64,000 nucleotides of DNA from Bacillota bacterium (GTDB lineage Bacteria; Bacillota; JAAYKD01). The DNA is taken from assembly GCA_963666425.2 (NCBI GenBank), contig OY762825.2:64001-128000 (forward strand). Direction: 5' to 3'. Under the pieces are notes generated by a model. It was not told where the DNA came from, did not search any database, and saw nothing but the letters and a program-made list of their open reading frames with translations. Positions within the stretch are counted from its first letter, which is position 1. Every line of letters begins with the position of its first letter. The translations under genes and the position numbers were made by a program. This document shows positions 59,848-64,000 of the stretch, one piece after another.

Positions 59848-60500
59848 CTTTACCCCCTAAATGTTTGGTCATCGTCAATTTGTCAACTGCCCGAGACTTG
59901 ACAGTAATCTCTCTGGAAAGCAACAAAAAGTGATCCATTTTGTAGATCTTCTTAAGCCAATTGCAGGGCTGCCGACTTCTGGTAGCCGTCTGACAATGCT
60001 TTTATTTTACACTAAAGCAAGAGAAATGCAACAAAAAAAGGAAAATATCCTGGATGTACGGAAAGCATTCCATACAGAAATACTCACGTAAATAAGCTGA
60101 TGCCTCAGTCTTAACTATCTTCAGCCAGTCCTAATACCTGCAAGATGAGGAGAAGAAATTCTTGCGACCCTGATCATGTTTTTGACTGCGGCGAGGATAC
60201 TTTCTTTTGGCTTCCTGCTACGGAAGATAGGGCATGATCCGGTAAAAAGTCACTGCGGCCAATAAATTTTAGCTGTACGGTGCGGAAGCTCCCTTTTTGT
60301 GCAGAAATATTGCGAATTTATCCGACTAAAAAAAGGATTTTGCCTAAATCATCCAGAATGCTGAAAGAAAACAATTTGAATCTTCTTTTTAGAGCGGTGA
60401 TAGCGATTACCTCGTAACTGCCGACGATTGATAGACTGTCGTTTTTCACTGCTCGCTGATGGGCTCTTTGCTTTGCTTGGAAAGGGGGGGTATGGTAAAG

Positions 60501-62029
60501 ATGTTAGCCAAAATCAACGGGATCAGTCTGCAGGCTTTGGATGGGATCCTGATTGAGATCGAAGTCTCAATTCGTTCGCAGGGCTTACCCAGCTTTGATA
60601 TCGTCGGTCTGCCGGATCTTTCCATTCGGGAAGCAAAGGACCGGCTGCGCCTTGCCTTTCAGAATTCAGGTTTGCAATTTCCCACACACCATATCGTCGT
60701 CAATTTGGCACCGGCCAATGTGAAAAAGGATGGTATTGGCTTTGATTTGCCGATGGCGGTCGGTATCTTAGCCGCTTCGAGTCAGATTCCGGCAATTGAA
60801 TATACTGATACGGCTTTTATTGGTGAACTCGCCCTGGATGGCCGCATCCGGGCAGTGCCTGGTGTGCTGGCGAGAGCGATCAATGCGGCAAAACTCGGCA
60901 TCAAACGGCTGATCGTGCCTTATGAAAACCGACAGGAAGCTGCTCTGGTCCGAGATCTGGCGGTTTTTGCCTTTCAAACTTTTAGTGATTTGAGCAAGTA
61001 CTTAAGAGGTGAATTGAGCGCCACCGTCTGCCAAACGGAACCGGAACAGGAGCAACCGCACCCGCTCTATGATTTTTCTGAAGTGAAAGGGCAATCGTCT
61101 GCCAAAAGAGCCCTGGAAGTTGCGGCCGCTGGCGGCCATAATCTGCTGATGATCGGCAGCCCGGGCAGCGGCAAGACGATGCTGGCCAAATGCATTCCCT
61201 CTATTCTGCCGCAAATGAATTTTGCGGAAGCGCTGGAAGTAACCCAAGTCGCGAGCGTCGCCGGTTTGCTCAACAGTAAAAGCGGTTTGATCCGGCAACG
61301 GCCTTTTCGCTCACCGCATCATTCGATCAGCAACGCAGGGCTCGTGGGCGGCGGCAGCAATCCGCGCCCCGGTGAAGTGAGTCTGGCGCATCACGGCGTG
61401 CTGTTCTTGGACGAATTACCTGAATTTCGCAAAGATGTTTTGGAATTGCTGCGTCAGCCGATGGAAGACGGCAGGGTGACGCTGGCCCGAGCCAGCGGTT
61501 CTTATACCTATCCCACCCGGTTTATGCTGGTTGCGGCGATGAACCCCTGCCCCTGTGGCTATTATGGTGATTTACAGCACGCCTGCACTTGTAACGAGCA
61601 GGTGATTCGGCGTTACCAGGGCCGTATCAGCGGACCCCTTTTAGATCGCATCGACCTAATGGTGGATGTACCGCGCTTGACCTACAGCGATATCACAACG
61701 ATCACCCCATCAGAAAATTCAGAAAATATCCGCTTGCAAGAGTGGAAACTGCCCGGCAGATTCAGCAAGAGCGCTTTACAGCCAGTGAACTGACCTGTAA
61801 CGCAGCAATGCACCAAAAGCAAATCAAACAATACTGCAAGCTTTCCAATGAATGCCAGCAGCTCTTGAATGCCGCCTTCCGCAAACTGAATCTCAGCGCC
61901 CGCGCCTATGACCGCATCCTGAAAGTCTCGCGCACCATCGCCGATTTGGCGGGAAAAGAAGCAATCGAAACCATCCATCTGGCAGAAGCCATTGGTTACC
62001 GCGGCTTGGATCAGAAATATTTCAAATAA
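60501..62029 (+). pseudogene. comM: ComM/YifB Mg-chelatase-like AAA ATPase split by a frameshift near 61735
   Basis: IVGLPD, GSPGSGKT, FLDE, CPCG, SGPLLDRID in one frame; VETARQIQQER..SARAYDRILKVSRTIADL in the next. Confidence 0.85.
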
Positions 62030-62039
62030 GGAGTCGACT

Positions 62040-62783
62040 ATGTCTGTTTATGCTATTTCCGATTTGCATTTGTCTTCAGACGGCAGCAAACCAATGGATG
62101 TTTTCGGGCTGCGCTGGCAGCATCATGCCGAGCGATTAGAAGAAAATTGGCGTGCAGTTGTCCGTTCGGAAGACTGGGTTCTGATTCCCGGTGATATCAG
62201 CTGGGGAATGCGCTTAGCGGATGCCGCGCAGGATTTCGCCTTTCTCGATCATCTGCCGGGCAAAAAACTGATCGGCAGAGGTAACCATGATTATTATTGG
62301 CTCTCTCATCAGAAAATGCAGGAGTTTCTGCCGAGCAGTCTCCAGGCGGCAGATCGACAAACCATTAGTACCGACGAATTCACCCTGGTTGCCACCAAGG
62401 GTTGGCTATGTCCCGGCTCTAGCGGCTATACAGCGACGCGGGATGAGAAACTCTACCTGCGTGAGGTGCAGCGGCTGCGGCTTGTTTTAGAGCAAGTAAA
62501 GAGCAGCGAGCGTCCTTTGATCGCGATGCTGCATTTTCCGCCGATGAACGAAAAAGCAGAAACTTCCGGTTTTACCCAATTATTGGATGAATTTCAGGTT
62601 AAGCTATGTATTTACGGGCATCTGCACGATCCGGACGGTCAAGCCGGTTTCAACGGGATGCTGCAGCAAACCAAGTATCAATTGGTTGCCGCAGATTATC
62701 TGGGCTTTCAACCGCTGTGTTTGGATGAGTGGCTCTTTACAGCAAGTAAAGGAGGCGGCCATGAATATGGCTCTGTCAGATGA
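62040..62783 (+). CDS. Calcineurin-like metallophosphoesterase
   Basis: SDLHLS, PGDISW, GNHDY, HFPP, YGHLH. Confidence 0.9.
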   Translation: MSVYAISDLHLSSDGSKPMDVFGLRWQHHAERLEENWRAVVRSEDWVLIPGDISWGMRLADAAQDFAFLDHLPGKKLIGRGNHDYYWLSHQKMQEFLPSSLQAADRQTISTDEFTLVATKGWLCPGSSGYTATRDEKLYLREVQRLRLVLEQVKSSERPLIAMLHFPPMNEKAETSGFTQLLDEFQVKLCIYGHLHDPDGQAGFNGMLQQTKYQLVAADYLGFQPLCLDEWLFTASKGGGHEYGSVR

Positions 62784-63873
62784 GGAGGAACGCTACTATC
62801 TGGGCTGCTTGTTTCGGCTGACTCATATCGGCAGAAACAGAGGGGAACAGCTGCTGGCTTTTTTTGGTGATGCCAAAACAGCCTGGCTGACGAATCTGGC
62901 GGAATGGCGTACCGTTATTCGCCTCAGTGAGCAACAATGGCAAGAAGTCGCTGCCAGTAAATCTAGCTTACAGCCGGAGCAATTTTGCAGTGAACTGAAA
63001 AAACGCAGAATTCGGCTGCTGATCAGAACAGATGAAGCCTATCCCAGGGAATTGCTGCAGATACCCGATCCACCTGCCTGTCTCTATATGCAGGGCGATT
63101 TATTGCCCAAGTCTTCCTGCATTGCAGTGGTCGGCTCCAGGCAAGCCAGCCATTATGGTAGGAACGCTGCAGAAATGCTGGCAGAAGGCCTGGCGGAATG
63201 CGGCTTTGTAGTCGTGAGCGGTTTGGCGCGCGGGATCGATGGAGCAGCGCATCGCGGAGCGTTGAAGAAAGGTGCCACCTACGCAGTCTTTGGCTGCGGT
63301 CACGATACTATTTATCCGACGGAACATCAGAAGCTGGCGGAACAGATCCGGGAAAACGGCGCTCTTTTAAGTGAGTACGCGTTTGATCAAATTCCCAATG
63401 CCGGTTTCTTTCCAACCAGGAACCGCATCATCTCCGGTTTGAGTTTGGGTGTTGTCGTGGTGGAGGCCAAAGCAACCAGCGGTTCTTTGATCACTGTCAA
63501 TTTTGCCTTAGAGCAGGGCAGAGAAGTTTTTGCGGTGCCGGGCAGTATTTATTCCGAAAATTCCAAGGGCTGTCATGCTTTGCTCCGTCAGGGTGCCAAA
63601 TTGGTCTCCTCTTTAGATGATATCATCGATGAATTTCAGTTTATCCTGCCAAAAAAAGCCCCCGAGACGGCAGAATCGCCGTTCCCGGAAGTGGCTTTGA
63701 GCTTGATGCAACAGAAAATTTGGAATGAATTGGAGGCTGAACCGCTGCATCTCGATCAATTGTCTTTACAGCTGCAATTGCCGGTCGGTCTCGTCTCGGC
63801 AGAACTATTACAGTTGGAATTGATGGGGTTAGCGCTAGGGTTAACCGGAGGTTATTATACAAAAAAGCTTTAG
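62761..63873 (+). CDS. dprA: DNA processing protein DprA
   Basis: AVVGSR, VSGLARGID, FPTRNRIISGLS, SGSLIT, REVFAVPG. Confidence 0.95.
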   Translation: MNMALSDEEERYYLGCLFRLTHIGRNRGEQLLAFFGDAKTAWLTNLAEWRTVIRLSEQQWQEVAASKSSLQPEQFCSELKKRRIRLLIRTDEAYPRELLQIPDPPACLYMQGDLLPKSSCIAVVGSRQASHYGRNAAEMLAEGLAECGFVVVSGLARGIDGAAHRGALKKGATYAVFGCGHDTIYPTEHQKLAEQIRENGALLSEYAFDQIPNAGFFPTRNRIISGLSLGVVVVEAKATSGSLITVNFALEQGREVFAVPGSIYSENSKGCHALLRQGAKLVSSLDDIIDEFQFILPKKAPETAESPFPEVALSLMQQKIWNELEAEPLHLDQLSLQLQLPVGLVSAELLQLELMGLALGLTGGYYTKKL

Positions 63874-64000
63874 CCAAGCAGATTGGGGCTTGTCAAAGAG
63901 CTTTTCTGCGGTTATGATAAAGAAGAACCATGTGCTGAATCATTGAAAATCAGAATTCAGGCAACGAGTTTATAAAGAGAGAGTTGATGAATGATATGGC

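Noticed and set aside
55961-60460. tRNA-integrated prophage or ICE
   Set aside because: No integrase or phage genes, and no duplicated tRNA 3' end found
8102-63877. Numerous antisense or overlapping ORFs (for example 15163-16014, 32931-33509, 43679-44242)
   Set aside because: Shadow frames of well-supported genes, with no motifs or RBSs
63996-64000. Start of topA after dprA
   Set aside because: Plausible from synteny and an upstream TTGTCA-17-TATGAT promoter, but only five bases are visible

Overview
Chromosomal window from an anaerobic, probably spore-forming Bacillota (T-box leader, SigH-like promoters, YheC/D and GerMN genes). The backbone is housekeeping: rnj-ftsK-ygiQ-rimO-cinA; buk-ptb-buk with a 4-subunit 2-oxoacid:ferredoxin oxidoreductase; deoB; fba; miaB-mutS-mutL-miaA-hfq; rph-rdgB-4 tRNAs; frameshifted comM-dprA. 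Accessory parts are an AT-rich island with a type II Thoeris-like defence operon (TIR, TM-Macro, TIR), an ArsR/DUF318/thioredoxin cluster and a GtrB/GtrA/GT-C glycosylation cassette. The strongest signal is a GTAG-type REP-like palindrome family (GTAG-GGAACGGTC-TT-GACCGTTCC) in two arrays (7.1-7.75 kb and 28.2-32.4 kb). Two 1496-bp IS110 copies sit at the same position inside this palindrome, each flanked by a CT/AG core. Their non-coding left end contains readable bridge-RNA-like guides matching both the REP target (CUGUUCCCU / AUGUAG) and the predicted circle junction (UGGCUGG / CGAG). Several local duplications of gene ends or promoters also bracket accessory DNA. All calls come from reading motifs by eye; no database searches were run.
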